Below are positions 11,316 through 23,500 of a stretch of DNA of 64,000 nt, piece after piece; the stretch's first letter is position 1; each line of letters opens with the position of its first letter. The notes below the pieces were generated by a model. It saw only the letters and a program-made list of their open reading frames with translations, was not told where the DNA came from and made no database searches. The translations under genes and the position numbers were made by a program. The stretch covers positions 51,552 through 115,551 of the IMG/VR virus record IMGVR_UViG_3300032286_001377, one strand, 5' to 3'. This stretch comes from a virus.

Positions 11316-12527
11316 TTAATCTAACCAAATTGAATACTCTGAAGTAACACCTTGCTCAGGGTGAATGTACATTAAATGTTGAGATGGACGACTCATTGAA
11401 TTAAAATACTCTTGAGCATACGTATTATAACTTTCTGGGGACCCAGAAACTCTCAAAACAGTAGTACCAATAGACATTTTAAAACTCTGATGATAGTGAC
11501 CCATGAAAACATCATCAAAATGCTCGGGGATGGCACCATCTTTCCATCCAAAGATTCTTTTATAGTAACCACTGACAGAGCTAGGATGAGGTAATTGATC
11601 CCCATGGATTAAAAGTGTTTTATAATTACCTATCGCATCCACTGCATACCAATTTCTTTCTCCTCTTCCATCAGGAATGTTGAAAGTTATTCTAGGTTCT
11701 TTTGTGAAAATTAAATTGACAATCTTATATAAGAGCCTATCCATATTAGTTTCAGGATCATACTGTCGCCTATTTCTTCCACCTACTGAACCATGGTTGC
11801 CAATCACCCCAGTAACATGAACATGTTCGAAGTTCTCTAACGCAGTACTTAAAAAGTTGCCTAATATTTCAGGACCATTAACACCAACTTGACGATACAA
11901 GCCAGAATCAATAAGATGACTCTGACCAGGAAAAATTTCTTCACCCTCAACAATATCGCCTAACAGCCAAACATGTAAATCATTTACAGGATGATGAGCT
12001 CTTTGAATCTCAGTGATCTCTAATAATTTTTCAGTATATTGCTCAATTCTCTGGGCAGCTACTTCAGAATTGTAATCAGGAGTAACTTTCCCCAGTTGCC
12101 AATCAGCAAAAACTGCAACAGCTGTCTCTGAAGCTTTTGAACTTTTTGGAAAAGAAGGTCTTTTAATCTTAGGCAGATCAAAATTACTAAACGCATCAAA
12201 CGCTGCACGATACACTGCAAAAGAAGCTTCTGTATTTACGTTCTTATAACGATCTGCCAATCTGCCAAGTCTTTTATTCTCTGCTCTAAGAAAATCAACA
12301 GTAGAAACTTCTTTAATATCCGCTTCAACTAGATCTTCTTGATCAATTTCATCAGCCCACTTTTCTAGAACATAGGCCCTATCTTCGTTAGACGCACCTT
12401 CTTCAATTGAGGAAAGTGAATCTAATAAATCACCAACACCATCTAAACCCTCGACTATTTTTCTAGCTTCCACCATATTTGGGGCGCGAACAATTGATTT
12501 CTGTACAATAGTGTACATCTTAGTCAT
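11316..12527 (-). CDS. Calcineurin-like metallophosphoesterase with N-terminal coiled coil
   Basis: Ordered motifs FADWQLG (DxH variant), LLGDIVEG, IGNHG, IHGD, MGHYH. Confidence 0.88.
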   Translation of the reverse strand: MTKMYTIVQKSIVRAPNMVEARKIVEGLDGVGDLLDSLSSIEEGASNEDRAYVLEKWADEIDQEDLVEADIKEVSTVDFLRAENKRLGRLADRYKNVNTEASFAVYRAAFDAFSNFDLPKIKRPSFPKSSKASETAVAVFADWQLGKVTPDYNSEVAAQRIEQYTEKLLEITEIQRAHHPVNDLHVWLLGDIVEGEEIFPGQSHLIDSGLYRQVGVNGPEILGNFLSTALENFEHVHVTGVIGNHGSVGGRNRRQYDPETNMDRLLYKIVNLIFTKEPRITFNIPDGRGERNWYAVDAIGNYKTLLIHGDQLPHPSSVSGYYKRIFGWKDGAIPEHFDDVFMGHYHQSFKMSIGTTVLRVSGSPESYNTYAQEYFNSMSRPSQHLMYIHPEQGVTSEYSIWLD

Positions 12528-12541
12528 AATTCACCTATCTA

Positions 12542-13711
12542 TCAGTAGTTAGATGTACCTATTATAACAGCATAAATGTTAACATTTCCAGCTGCAGCAT
12601 AACGTTTTACAGTATTTAAATCAAAATCTTTAAGTGGCAGCTCTCCGCCATCTGCGTTGAAGCCGCTTATAGTAACATTTCTAATTAGATCAGAAGAAAG
12701 CTTTATCTGTTGTTCGATAGTGGCAATAGAAACAACATCTCCAATTGATAAAGAATTTAGATATCTTTTAACAAAAAGTTCCGCTTGTCTTCTTACTCCA
12801 GTTATCATATTGGTTGTATTTCCACTTGGAACAGTAATAGTAGCTGAAAGGTTTATCGACACCTTTTCAGCTATGCGAACATTAAATCTCACACCAACTG
12901 GCTTAACTGCATAAATAGCAGAAAGTATTGCTTCTGGCAAAGGGCGGAGAGCAACAGAAGCTTCCGGCACAACAATAATATCGCAAGAGCCTATACCATA
13001 GCTTGCTTCTCTAATCCTAACATCTCTTACGCCCTTAACTGCCAGGGCAGCAAAGCGAATAGATTCTGCAGTTCCTGCTGATTTAGATTTAAGTGAAGCG
13101 ATAATTCTTCTGCGATAGTTTGAATCAGACTCAGAATTAGGGTCAGCATAAATTTCTTTTGGATTTGAACAGAAAACTACAACAGCAGATGGCCCAATAT
13201 AATTATGTTTAGTTAAACTGCCAACTGGAGCAACGTAAGAATTATCGGTAAAATTAGGCTCAACCCTTCCATAAGCCTTAAGCGTACCTGCTGTTATAAC
13301 AATGGGTCCAGAAAGCTTAAAACTGTATTGCCTTATTGTGAAAGCTGAAACATCAGTATATATTAAAGTATCTTTTGGAATAGTTATATCTGTACTATGA
13401 ACTTTATCTAGAAAAAATTCAATATTATAAGATTGTCTCTCTTGAGAAACTACAGATGTAACAGATTTTCTTGGTATGCCATAAAGATCTCCAATTAAAT
13501 CTAAATTTCTACCCATTGCAGTACTAAGATTATTTTGATTAATAGAATATCTCAGAGCCTCATATAGGTCAGAAACTTCTGAACTAAATGCTTCTGCAAA
13601 AGCTCTAGCAATAGAACCAGGATGAGTAGCAGTGATGCCTGCATTTTTTTCTAGATTATTAAGAACAGAAACTAAAACATCTGACTTACTTTTAACTCCA
13701 TAGACTGGCAA
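12542..13711 (-). CDS. Baseplate J-like (gp6/gp47) wedge protein
   Basis: TAMGRNLDLIGDLYGIPRK, ESDSNYRRRI, AGTAESIRFAALAVKGVRDV, VKPVGV are typical of baseplate J. TTG start with AGGAG RBS. Confidence 0.88.
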   Translation of the reverse strand: MPVYGVKSKSDVLVSVLNNLEKNAGITATHPGSIARAFAEAFSSEVSDLYEALRYSINQNNLSTAMGRNLDLIGDLYGIPRKSVTSVVSQERQSYNIEFFLDKVHSTDITIPKDTLIYTDVSAFTIRQYSFKLSGPIVITAGTLKAYGRVEPNFTDNSYVAPVGSLTKHNYIGPSAVVVFCSNPKEIYADPNSESDSNYRRRIIASLKSKSAGTAESIRFAALAVKGVRDVRIREASYGIGSCDIIVVPEASVALRPLPEAILSAIYAVKPVGVRFNVRIAEKVSINLSATITVPSGNTTNMITGVRRQAELFVKRYLNSLSIGDVVSIATIEQQIKLSSDLIRNVTISGFNADGGELPLKDFDLNTVKRYAAAGNVNIYAVIIGTSNY

Positions 13712-13712
13712 T

Positions 13713-14093
13713 TTAGTCTCCTAATGTTTGTGTTACAGAAAGTGTTATGGGCTGATCTATATCAGATATAACATGAACGTCGAATCTAATAGTATCCCTA
13801 CTTGTAGGAATTGCATCAATTCTAATATCCCTGCCTTTAAACAATCCTTCTCTTTGAAGGCCTGTTCTAATTAATCTTTTTCCAAATTCGCCAGTCTCTG
13901 GAGTTTGTGGCATCCCATATAATAACGAAAGATCAATACCAAGCTGAGGATAAATGTAGAAATCGCCAGGTTCAGTCATGAGCCTTAAATACACCTGCTG
14001 AATATCTGACTGAAGCGATGAATTAACCATTGCGATATCCATGTTTCCATTTATTACAATATCACCAGTTAATGTAAAGTATAAATCACTCAT
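13713..14093 (-). CDS. gp25-like baseplate wedge / sheath-initiator protein
   Basis: LRLMTEPGDFYIYPQLGIDL is a gp25-type signature, and the gene sits directly before J. Start moved to MSDLY (14093), which has an AAGGA RBS. Confidence 0.8.
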   Translation of the reverse strand: MSDLYFTLTGDIVINGNMDIAMVNSSLQSDIQQVYLRLMTEPGDFYIYPQLGIDLSLLYGMPQTPETGEFGKRLIRTGLQREGLFKGRDIRIDAIPTSRDTIRFDVHVISDIDQPITLSVTQTLGD

Positions 14094-14721
14094 TAGTTTC
14101 CTTTGAAGCCTGCGCATGTGCCTGATCAAAACTTAAACCTTGTCTTAAATGCTTCACAATAAGAGCGATATGCAACTCGGAATAAGAAGATGCATAAGCT
14201 TCCAGAAGACCAATCTCTTCAAAGCTTAAATCTGATATATCATAATCGGACACATATTTTTGTTGAGGAATAGTTTCTCTTGTAGAGAATTTGTTCTCAG
14301 CTAATATAGTAATTGGTTTCTGTTTTTCTTCCCGTTCAATCATACTTACAGTATCAAGATAGTAAGATGCTCCGTTTTGTGCGGTATGAATATCTTTCAA
14401 ATTTATTTTAACTAAAGTAGGCTCAGAAAAAGAAGAAGCTGAATAATTAAAATAATAGCTATTCCACTTCAATCCATCTTCTTTGCAACTGAATTTAATT
14501 GTATCCGCAAAAAAAGATATACTTTTGGACTTCGCACTAATAACAATACCAATACCTGGAGTAGCAAAAATTTCAATATCACCTTGATCATTTAGTCTCA
14601 TAAAAGATTCATTATCAGGATGATTAAATCCAACTTCTCTTTCCGAAAATTTTCTTCTTTTGGAAAGTTCTTTCTCTACAGGTATTTCTCTTCTAAAAAC
14701 TGCATTTTTGTTAACATCCAT
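14086..14721 (-). CDS. Putative baseplate spike, beta-strand portion
   Basis: FNHPDNESFMRLNDQGDIEIF resembles the H.sGs.i.i...G.i.i repeats of gpV/gp45 spikes. It lies between an OB-fold gene and gp25. Confidence 0.5.
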   Translation of the reverse strand: MDVNKNAVFRREIPVEKELSKRRKFSEREVGFNHPDNESFMRLNDQGDIEIFATPGIGIVISAKSKSISFFADTIKFSCKEDGLKWNSYYFNYSASSFSEPTLVKINLKDIHTAQNGASYYLDTVSMIEREEKQKPITILAENKFSTRETIPQQKYVSDYDISDLSFEEIGLLEAYASSYSELHIALIVKHLRQGLSFDQAHAQASKETNE

Positions 14722-15089
14722 CAGTGCACCATAAATCTAGGAATTCCAGTACGCATAATTGAATTATGGAAACTGTTTGTTCTTGTATCAGAATCGTCAA
14801 AATAATTTAAAACATATGGATTAGATTCATTATTGTCTCGAAATCCAACTAAACACCGTGTACCTATGGTTGGAGAAACGACTTGTACACCCCTTATAGA
14901 TGGGCACGGTACTGAACGAATTACATTACCGGGAGAGTTAGTGAATTGTTCATCTAATATTATGGTGGCTAAATTAGTAGAACTGTCATATCCCATTATT
15001 GTGCCAGGTCTAGTTTTTGAAGACTTATATAGAGAGTTATCTATCTGCTCTTGTATTTTTTTATCAAACTTTGGATAATTAACTGGCAT
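14721..15089 (-). CDS. Baseplate spike OB-fold domain protein (gp5 N-terminal/gpV-like)
   Basis: GTIMGYDSSTNLATI...VPCP..GVQVVSPTIGTRCLVGFRDNNESNPYV matches the spike OB-fold pattern. Confidence 0.7.
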   Translation of the reverse strand: MPVNYPKFDKKIQEQIDNSLYKSSKTRPGTIMGYDSSTNLATIILDEQFTNSPGNVIRSVPCPSIRGVQVVSPTIGTRCLVGFRDNNESNPYVLNYFDDSDTRTNSFHNSIMRTGIPRFMVH

Positions 15090-15145
15090 TATGCTCTCCT
15101 AACTTTACGTAATTGTGTATGAAATAAACGATTTACTAACATTAT

Positions 15146-17551
15146 TTAAACCCTGAATTCTTCACCTTCAAGCCATCTAGCCGCATATGGAGCTGCCTTA
15201 GAGTTTTTGCCTGAGGTCTGAAACATTTTTAAAACCCAATCTTTAAGTTGCTGCTCTGTTTTACCTAAAGATACATATAGATCTCTTGCTATTGAAAACT
15301 TAATATTACTAAGAAATCCATAAGTTGGACCTCCACCATAATCGCCCCATGGCTTAAATACATATCCAGTCTCAGCAGTTAGGCCTAATTTAGTTCCGCT
15401 AAAAATGGTACCGCCAGTAGCTACAGTATAGGTTATATAAGCTTGGTTAATGGGTATCCACATTCTTGAATCAAAAAGAGACCATCGATCACCCTTAGAA
15501 AGTGCCTTAGCTTTAGGTAATGCTTTGGCATTAAAATTACTTAAGTCTACATCATCTTTATCCCAATCCTTATAGCCTATTTGCCAACCAGCCATTTGAG
15601 TCTGACTAGGAAGAGGAATGAAAAATGTATGCCCACCATTGGCCCCAGGAAGGAGATTGCATTGAAACATTCCACCAGACCAGTCACCAGTGACATCTGA
15701 CACATTGCAGGCACGAGGTTGCAAGCCGCCCTCTCTAGTAGCAATAGAGCAGAATATGGCAGCCGCCTCATCAGACATGACAGTAAGCCTCAGAAGAGCA
15801 AAAACTTCTTCTCTAGACAACTTGCCATTAGGTTCAGTTGAATAACCTTTACTAAACTTAGCATCACTTAAATCTGTTGGGGTTACAAATTCTCCAGTCA
15901 CGCCGGAAGAAATGGTAGTAGAAGTGGGAGAAGTACGATTTGTATTAGGTGGATAGAAAGGGCTATTACTTCTAGTTTCCCTATGATATGTAGCAAAATC
16001 TAAACCTGCGGGATCAGAAGTGGTATCGGATGGAGTAGGTGTCACCGTATCTACGGGAACATCTGGTTCACCAGAATCCACAATACTGCCTGCAGGAGGT
16101 GTCACTGCAGTAATGTTGCTTCTCTGCCTAGATGCACTATCCTCATTTTTATCTGGAGCACGATTTACGGTAGTGCGAGTACCGGCTCCTCCCATTTGTC
16201 CACCTGGACCAGTATATATCCCTGATCTGACTCCACTGAAACTCATATGAATGTGAGTTCTATGAACCTCATCTGCAGAAAAGTTTGCATACTTGATAGC
16301 AGGATACATAGTTTTCATTTTACAGGTGTCTGGTTCAAAACCTTTAGTTTGAATTCCAAACTCTTGAGCTAAGTCTATCGATATAGCAAAATGATCAGGG
16401 ATTAAATGAATAGGAGCATCCGAAAAGGCTTCCATTAACGTAGTTAGGGCAATTAGATACCTATTTCTATTTCCGCCCTCTTTCCCTAAAATTACTCTAT
16501 TAGGAGAATTTGAACTATTAAGTGGACCAATAACATCTATATCAAATGCCCTACCGAGAGCATGATCAGTTATTGTGCCACCTTCTGTTAGTGATGAAAG
16601 ATTTGGACCTTGTGTATTCTGATTCTCTCCACGTTCCCAACCAAATCCGCCACGAATCTCTATTTTACTATTAAGATACAACATAAGCTCAATCATCGCC
16701 GGACAAATATATGCTTTTTGACTAGGTTGATCAATCAACTCTTTTGACACTTTGTTGCTTCCGGTAATCCCAGGATAATTACTCCCAGTTGTATCTAAAT
16801 CATTAAATTTATTATTAATGTCAAAATTATAACCATATGTAAGAACACTAGAACTATAAGTTGTGTTTAAATTTTTTAAAGTCATCGACCTATCTAAAAG
16901 CCAACCTTTTTCCTCTGGAGATAATGTTGATTCTACTGTAATCACCCTTGAGCCAGCGCTAGGATTAGAAGAATCTCCAGTATAAGTACCAGGGTTAGTG
17001 CCAGCACTATTGCCTGCGCCATTATCAATATTGCCACTAGGCTGACCAGGAACTCCACCAGGTGGTTCATCAGGATAAGATAACTTAATGCTATAATCAG
17101 CTGAAATGCTTTCAGCAGCATTTAAAACAAAATCGGAAGCGGCTTTTTTACCAGCAACACTGTCAACATAATGCCGAGCTGTAGCAGACCCTCCTTTAAG
17201 TTCTGTTTTACCAATTCCATCTTCTGGATTATCAATCTTGTATGTATCGTTTGTAGTGTTTGCTGCAGCAGATACTGTTCCTAAAACGTTATTTAAAGAT
17301 GGTATCAAAGTAGAGTTATAAAAATTTTGACTATAAACCGGACTTCTATAAAGAACATCTCCAGACATCGCACGAGATAAACTGGTTGAAGAAAGAGTTT
17401 TCTCTCTGCTTATCTTGTTCCCATATTCCTTAGAATAATAAGAAGTATTACGTATTACTACTTCACCTGCAGGATAATAGCTTCCGTGAATGGAATTTGC
17501 AATAGTCGCAAAATCAGAAACTGTCTCATTATTAAAATTAAAATTAGACAT
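15146..17551 (-). CDS. Tail-associated peptidoglycan hydrolase: Zn-peptidase (M15/LAS-type) plus SLT-like lytic transglycosylase
   Basis: HALGRAFD (H-x6-D) and HIH Zn ligands; Pro/Thr linker; then IATREGG...GGMFQCN...FKPW, the SLT pattern with catalytic Glu. Confidence 0.75.
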   Translation of the reverse strand: MSNFNFNNETVSDFATIANSIHGSYYPAGEVVIRNTSYYSKEYGNKISREKTLSSTSLSRAMSGDVLYRSPVYSQNFYNSTLIPSLNNVLGTVSAAANTTNDTYKIDNPEDGIGKTELKGGSATARHYVDSVAGKKAASDFVLNAAESISADYSIKLSYPDEPPGGVPGQPSGNIDNGAGNSAGTNPGTYTGDSSNPSAGSRVITVESTLSPEEKGWLLDRSMTLKNLNTTYSSSVLTYGYNFDINNKFNDLDTTGSNYPGITGSNKVSKELIDQPSQKAYICPAMIELMLYLNSKIEIRGGFGWERGENQNTQGPNLSSLTEGGTITDHALGRAFDIDVIGPLNSSNSPNRVILGKEGGNRNRYLIALTTLMEAFSDAPIHLIPDHFAISIDLAQEFGIQTKGFEPDTCKMKTMYPAIKYANFSADEVHRTHIHMSFSGVRSGIYTGPGGQMGGAGTRTTVNRAPDKNEDSASRQRSNITAVTPPAGSIVDSGEPDVPVDTVTPTPSDTTSDPAGLDFATYHRETRSNSPFYPPNTNRTSPTSTTISSGVTGEFVTPTDLSDAKFSKGYSTEPNGKLSREEVFALLRLTVMSDEAAAIFCSIATREGGLQPRACNVSDVTGDWSGGMFQCNLLPGANGGHTFFIPLPSQTQMAGWQIGYKDWDKDDVDLSNFNAKALPKAKALSKGDRWSLFDSRMWIPINQAYITYTVATGGTIFSGTKLGLTAETGYVFKPWGDYGGGPTYGFLSNIKFSIARDLYVSLGKTEQQLKDWVLKMFQTSGKNSKAAPYAARWLEGEEFRV

Positions 17552-17563
17552 AAAATTTACCTT

Positions 17564-20500
17564 TTAATTAGATACTGATGTCGGCATTGGTAGAGAATCA
17601 TTGGCATCAATAACGGAAGATGACTCTTTTTGTAAATCTTTCACAAAGACTTTTGCTAAGTTGTTGACAACTAACTCCCAATTTAAAGTAACGGGATGTC
17701 CATCAGGGAAATATTCATCCCAACTTACCCTAGGCCATTCGGATGCTTTGTCATATATTTCTTCTAGTACTTTAAAATAAACAAATCTAGAATAAAGTTT
17801 CCTTTGATCATCTGTAAGTAAATATAGACTATCCGCATCATTTTGAATATTAAAATATTCGTCATTAATTATTGACTCTACGCTTTCAAAAATTGAATCA
17901 AACTTTGTGAAGAAAGCTGATTTGTCATAGATGTCATTTTTTAGCTTGTCTTTAATTGATTCAAGAGCTGTCAAATTAGATCTAAACAAATTAGCAACGT
18001 ACGACAAAATATTGTCAATTTTTTCTTGAGGCAAATAATAAAATATGGTTGCCATAACACGTGATCCAGTTACATCGCCCTCATTTTCCCTGTCTCCACT
18101 ACCAAAAATATCTAGCTGATAATTTTGAATTGTATTAAGTTGACTTCCGGCTTCGAAATCTTGTTCAAGTACAGCTTTTCCGCCAATTGCATTGGAGCCT
18201 TCAGTTCTAGTCTGATTTATTCTTAAAACAATTAATTTATTTTCTAAAGCTTTCTTTACGAAAACTTTTGCTTTACCACCAGGAGTAGAAATATCTAAGA
18301 AGCTCAAATTTGTTGGATTTGTACTACTAGGATAATCAACTGTACCTTGTATTGTATTTGTTTCTGCTGCGTTAATACCATCAAAGCGAACTCTAAAATT
18401 TACCCCAGATATAATATCCGTGACATCGATTGTGTCACCGTCTAAAACTGAGTTAACTTGACAGATAACTCTGAATTGCCATTCAAAACCAGCTTTTTCT
18501 GGACCAAGACCAGATAACTTAAGAACCTGCGCATGAACTAGTGCTGACTCATAACTAATGTGTCTGTAGATATCATTAATAGCTACCTCATTCCAACCAA
18601 GGCTCTTAAATAGATCGTCACTTCTAATAAATGAATTCCCTTCTGGAGTTCTAGCTTTTACTCTTGTTCCAAGAATTCCAGGGAGAAGCGCCTTACTATG
18701 ATGCTGGCCTACCACCATTCCTTGATTATAGGACAATCCAGCGTCCATAGGCTGACCGTTCTTATTGAGATATTGTACATAACACCCATGTTGGTCAAGC
18801 ACATTATCTCTCACCCATTTCCAACCCTTCCAAACAAGTTGACCAATTCCAGGAAGCACTTGAGCCATAATGGCAAAAGTTGGAACTCCACCACCCTCTT
18901 CTTGACCTGCAGCATTGAGAAGTGAGCTATTGACGCCTGGAGCAATCATTGCTGTTTGATTTGCCATTATGTCTTTAACAAGGGCTGACGAACCATGGGT
19001 AAATTGGAATCCGCCAACAATTTGAGTAGTTAATATTTCACCTAATCTATCAACAGAAATATTTCCGCCAAAAGATAAACCTGAATTAGCATTTCTAATA
19101 TTGTCAATATAAATTCTGGCGTCATTTCTAACATTCTGAACGTGCATCCAAGACTGCATCCAGGATGTCATAAACCATCTTGCAGGATCATTAACAGTAA
19201 CTAAAGCATTAGGTGTAATAGAGGTAATGAATCCAAGTTCAGGAGTGAAATGATGAATGACTTGTTCTACTTCAAAAATCCCATACATTCTTTCATACAC
19301 ATCAGAAAGATACACTAAGTCGTGAGGCCTAATGTCACCATTCCCTATAACTAATAGCTCTCCACCATAAATATCTTTAATTGATTCCTTAAGGTGCGAT
19401 AATGCAACTCTTCTAGCACTCAGTTCATCTGGAGCACCTTGAATAGCTTTTGCTACACCTCTAAAGGTTTCCATCGGATGCATAAGTGGATGTAAAAACC
19501 CAGTAAAACCAGATCCAACTATATTATCAAAATAAAGACCAGTTTCTACTGTTTTTTCAACCTGCCTTTCAGCAGGCGCGCCTTTATCTAAAGCTACTGT
19601 CACTGGATATTTTCCATCAGATACGGCTGTTATTTGTGTCGCCACATTATTTAAATTTTCTTGAATCTGATTAGATAAAATATGAGAAAAAGAACTGATG
19701 TAATGAATTCTTTGAAATGGCTCTCTAATTTCAACTACTGGCTCACCGTATTCGCGAGTGAAAGGATTATCTACAGCTCTTAGAAGTGTTCCTGGTCGAC
19801 CAAGAGAATAATAAATAGAATCATTTAATGCTTTGTTTAAAATATTTGCTTGCTTTTTAAAGTTTCCAACTTCAGACAATGCATAACCCAACTGTTGCAT
19901 CGTTGTTTTGAACATTGATATTAAACCAGAAAGTGCATCACCGACAGCAGAAACGATTGGACCAATGGTTCTTGATGCAAATTCGGAAACATCTGAAACT
20001 ACTTCAGAAAAATAAGTATTAGAACTATTACCCTCCCCTCTAGTGCTGACTAATAGTTGCAAAAACTTTGCTTTCTTACTTGGCTTTGCATAGTCTGAAT
20101 TGGGATCAATATACGCTCTAAATACTTTATCTACAGGCTTAAAAGACCATCCGTCATCAGCGCTAAACCAACCGGCTTTCTTATCTGGCTTCAAAACCAA
20201 CCATGCTCGCGCATATGGGTCTTCCCACAGTCTCTGCCTAAATAATCCAACCATTAAAAGGAATAACTGTTTTGGTGTTTTAATATTCTTTTTTAATATA
20301 TCTGAAACATCAATAACCGCATTATCGTCTTTATTTGAAGCTTCTATACTAAAATGTAAAACACTTAAAACACTTTCTCCAGCAAAAAAACTTTCATAAA
20401 TTTTAGCTAAATTTTTAGAAAAAATATTATTAAAATAAGATAAGAGACCACCTTCATCCAAGGGTGCGTCTATATAATTTTTTCTCATAAATTCAATGGC

Positions 20501-23500
20501 TTCTGAATAATCTTTACTAGGATTAGAAGAACTAGAGCCACCGCCACCACCATAGTCTGAGCCAAATAATATCGCAAATTCATCTTGGGCGCTATTATTT
20601 CCTGCCCCAAAGTACTTAAATGGATCATTAACATCTTGACCAGATATCATGTTACTAAATTCTGGTGGAAATTCTTCTTCTAAATCTGGATCTAATCCAT
20701 AAACATCAAAAAATATTCTTTTAACACTTTCATAGTTATGATATTCAGCCCTGAAATAGTCCCATATATCTTGCGCTTCTCTATTTGTTCTACCATTACC
20801 GGCAATAACGCTAACGCTAGTGTCAAAATTTTCGTCAAAATAACTTCTTGCCTGAATACTAACAATATCTGAAGGATCATAAACGGCAGAGAAGGACGTT
20901 CTTACATCCTCTGCTTCTCTCCTCTTTTTAAGCTCTTCTGATGTCAGAGATGCAGTATCTTTATCTATTGCTAGTTGAAAATAACTTTTACCATCTTTAA
21001 CATTTAAAGCATTTCCGCCAAACGCAAGAGCATCTATCGCAGATTGAAATTCTGAATTATAGGGAGCATACCAATCAAAAACACTATTTGATTTACCTAT
21101 TGCATTAACTACATCTATTGCTTCGCTGCCTATTTCTCTAGCAATATAATCTTGTCCCTCATTGATTTTAAAATTTCCAAACCCAACTATATACATACTT
21201 TCACTTTCCGCTACAGTATCCAACTGATCTTCAGTAGCGGCATTTTGTAATTTAAACTTATTAATAGGAAGAACTGTAGTGCTTATGACTCCGACTGGAA
21301 TATCATCTGGAACAAATGAGAACATACATTCTTGAGGTATAGGTGCAGTCCTATATCCTGAATCTAGCTCTGCAAAAAATTTAATTCTATTAAAACCATT
21401 GACATTAAATGTCGCCTCATCTGCTTGTAACATTGGGAAATTCAATGCATCAAGTGTAGAATCACTTTTCTCTAAAAGTCTTTTTGCTTCAGCAGAGGTA
21501 TAAGTTATAACACTTAAATAGAACGCTGCATCGGGGGAGACTAAAGCCGATAATTCATTGCCATCAATGTAGTTTGCATCAGAATTAGGAATAACGGCTT
21601 GAATATCTGAAGTGAGATTTTCTTTACCCCACATGAAATATGCTGGCTTGCAAACAACAGCTCTACCATTGTTAGGGTTATAGACAAGAACTTTACGTTT
21701 TTTATAATCTTCTGCAGTACCGTATAGATTAGTGAATCCATATTCTGATTTAAATTTACTTAGTGTGGCATCGTCTGCTTCGCCAGAAGGATTGTATGGC
21801 CATTTCATAGCAATGTAGAATTGTTCATCTTCAGGAGTTTCTGGAGCGCCCCACTCTCGATATGTTAGCTCTCCATAATTGTCTTTTTGATATTCAAAAC
21901 TAAATGAATCTGGATCATCATTAATCTGTTGAATAGATATATTACCACTTAAACCACCTTCAGACGTAAGACCTATCTGTGGTAGTGGCATAATAATTTT
22001 TTGATCCTCAATTTGAATAATGCCCTCTATCTGATCATAGAGCGGAGAAAAATCCAATGGTGAATCAAAGTTCACAGTACCCTCTATATCCCCTCCGACA
22101 GAGGGCATCAGTGAGAACTTAGTTTTTGCATAGAAGTCTAACTCTAAATTAATAACATCATCTAAACCATGATAAGTATTAGCGTTAACCCCCTCTTGCA
22201 ACACTACCCACCCCTGCCTCATTTTAACTGTGCTGGAGTTCTCTAATTTATATTTTTCAGTTACCGTAAAAAATGGAAAACCATACCTTGGTGGCAAATT
22301 GCCTATCTGCTTGTGTAAAGTCTTTTGACTTTCCATAGTAGATTCTGTAAAGAAGGCCTCACTATTTGAAGCTTTCATGTCCCTAGTTATAATTGGAAGG
22401 TGAGGGCCAATGCCAACCATACCTTTGCTAACTGGAAGTCTTGCAGATATTTTTGCTCCAGATTCTAAATCAAAATATTGATAAGCCTGTGGAGAATAAA
22501 AGTTAATTAATCTACCAGTAAAAAATTTAGTAGGAGAATAAATACCAGTAGATTCTGTTATCGCTTTTGAAACAGTTTGAAATGATTCATTAGGTTCAAA
22601 TGACTGAAAGAACTTCGCGTAATCTGCCAAAGGATTACTATCCTTATTTATTGTTTCTAAAATAGTATTTAGAACTTCATCTGGCCCTAGAGGTCTTGGC
22701 CCTGAAGAGGTTCCATCTTCTCTAGCTTTTTTCTCTCCAGAAAAACCAGTAGTCACTGGAACTACACCTGAAGTGTAAAGCCAATGTGGTTTACCATAGA
22801 ATACGGTAGACCTATCCTCAAATGGGCGTACCGCAACAATATAATTAGGAAGTAATCTTGCACAAATTTGGAACATATCCCAAACAGTTCTCATATATGT
22901 TTGTGCCCTAAATGATACCTCGTCAAATCCTGGAAGATCATCATCAGCATTAGGTGCAAGTATGCCCATTGTTTTAAAAATACTAGTTCCACCACGACCG
23001 CTCAACACTCCAAGTAGGCCAAGACCAGCAAGTGCGCCAGCAGCTGGGCCAGCTAAAGCTGCAGTTATGCCAGTCATACCAATACCTATCGCACCCTGAA
23101 CAAGGCCCGACCTGCCCTGAGCTTGAATTAGCTTATTGGATGCTGTTAAGTTTTCAATTGTTTCTTTGGCTGAAGAATCATTTTGCTGATACTTTTCCAT
23201 CAACTTATTATAGGTTATATCGGTTAACCTACCGAGATATCCTTCAGTTCTATCATTATATGATTCTTCGGGAACTAAAGATGATGCCGTAGACCAGCCA
23301 TCATCAATATCCCCTCCCATGAACTGTGCAATTCCGAGACCGTTTCCAGCATAGATGTTTCTCTTAAATATCTCAAGATCTGTTTGAGCGCTGAAGTTAG
23401 CCCACAATTGTCCAATAAGAGGAACAATGCCACCTCTTAAATTTGAAGAAAATCCCTCTGGTACAGACTGGCCACCACCAATATAGGTGAATGCTGCGCC

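Noticed and set aside
14094-14129. ORF-track start extensions (14129, likewise 50210 and 59653)
   Set aside because: Downstream ATGs (14093, 50186, 59629) have a better RBS or stop-start coupling and avoid long overlaps.
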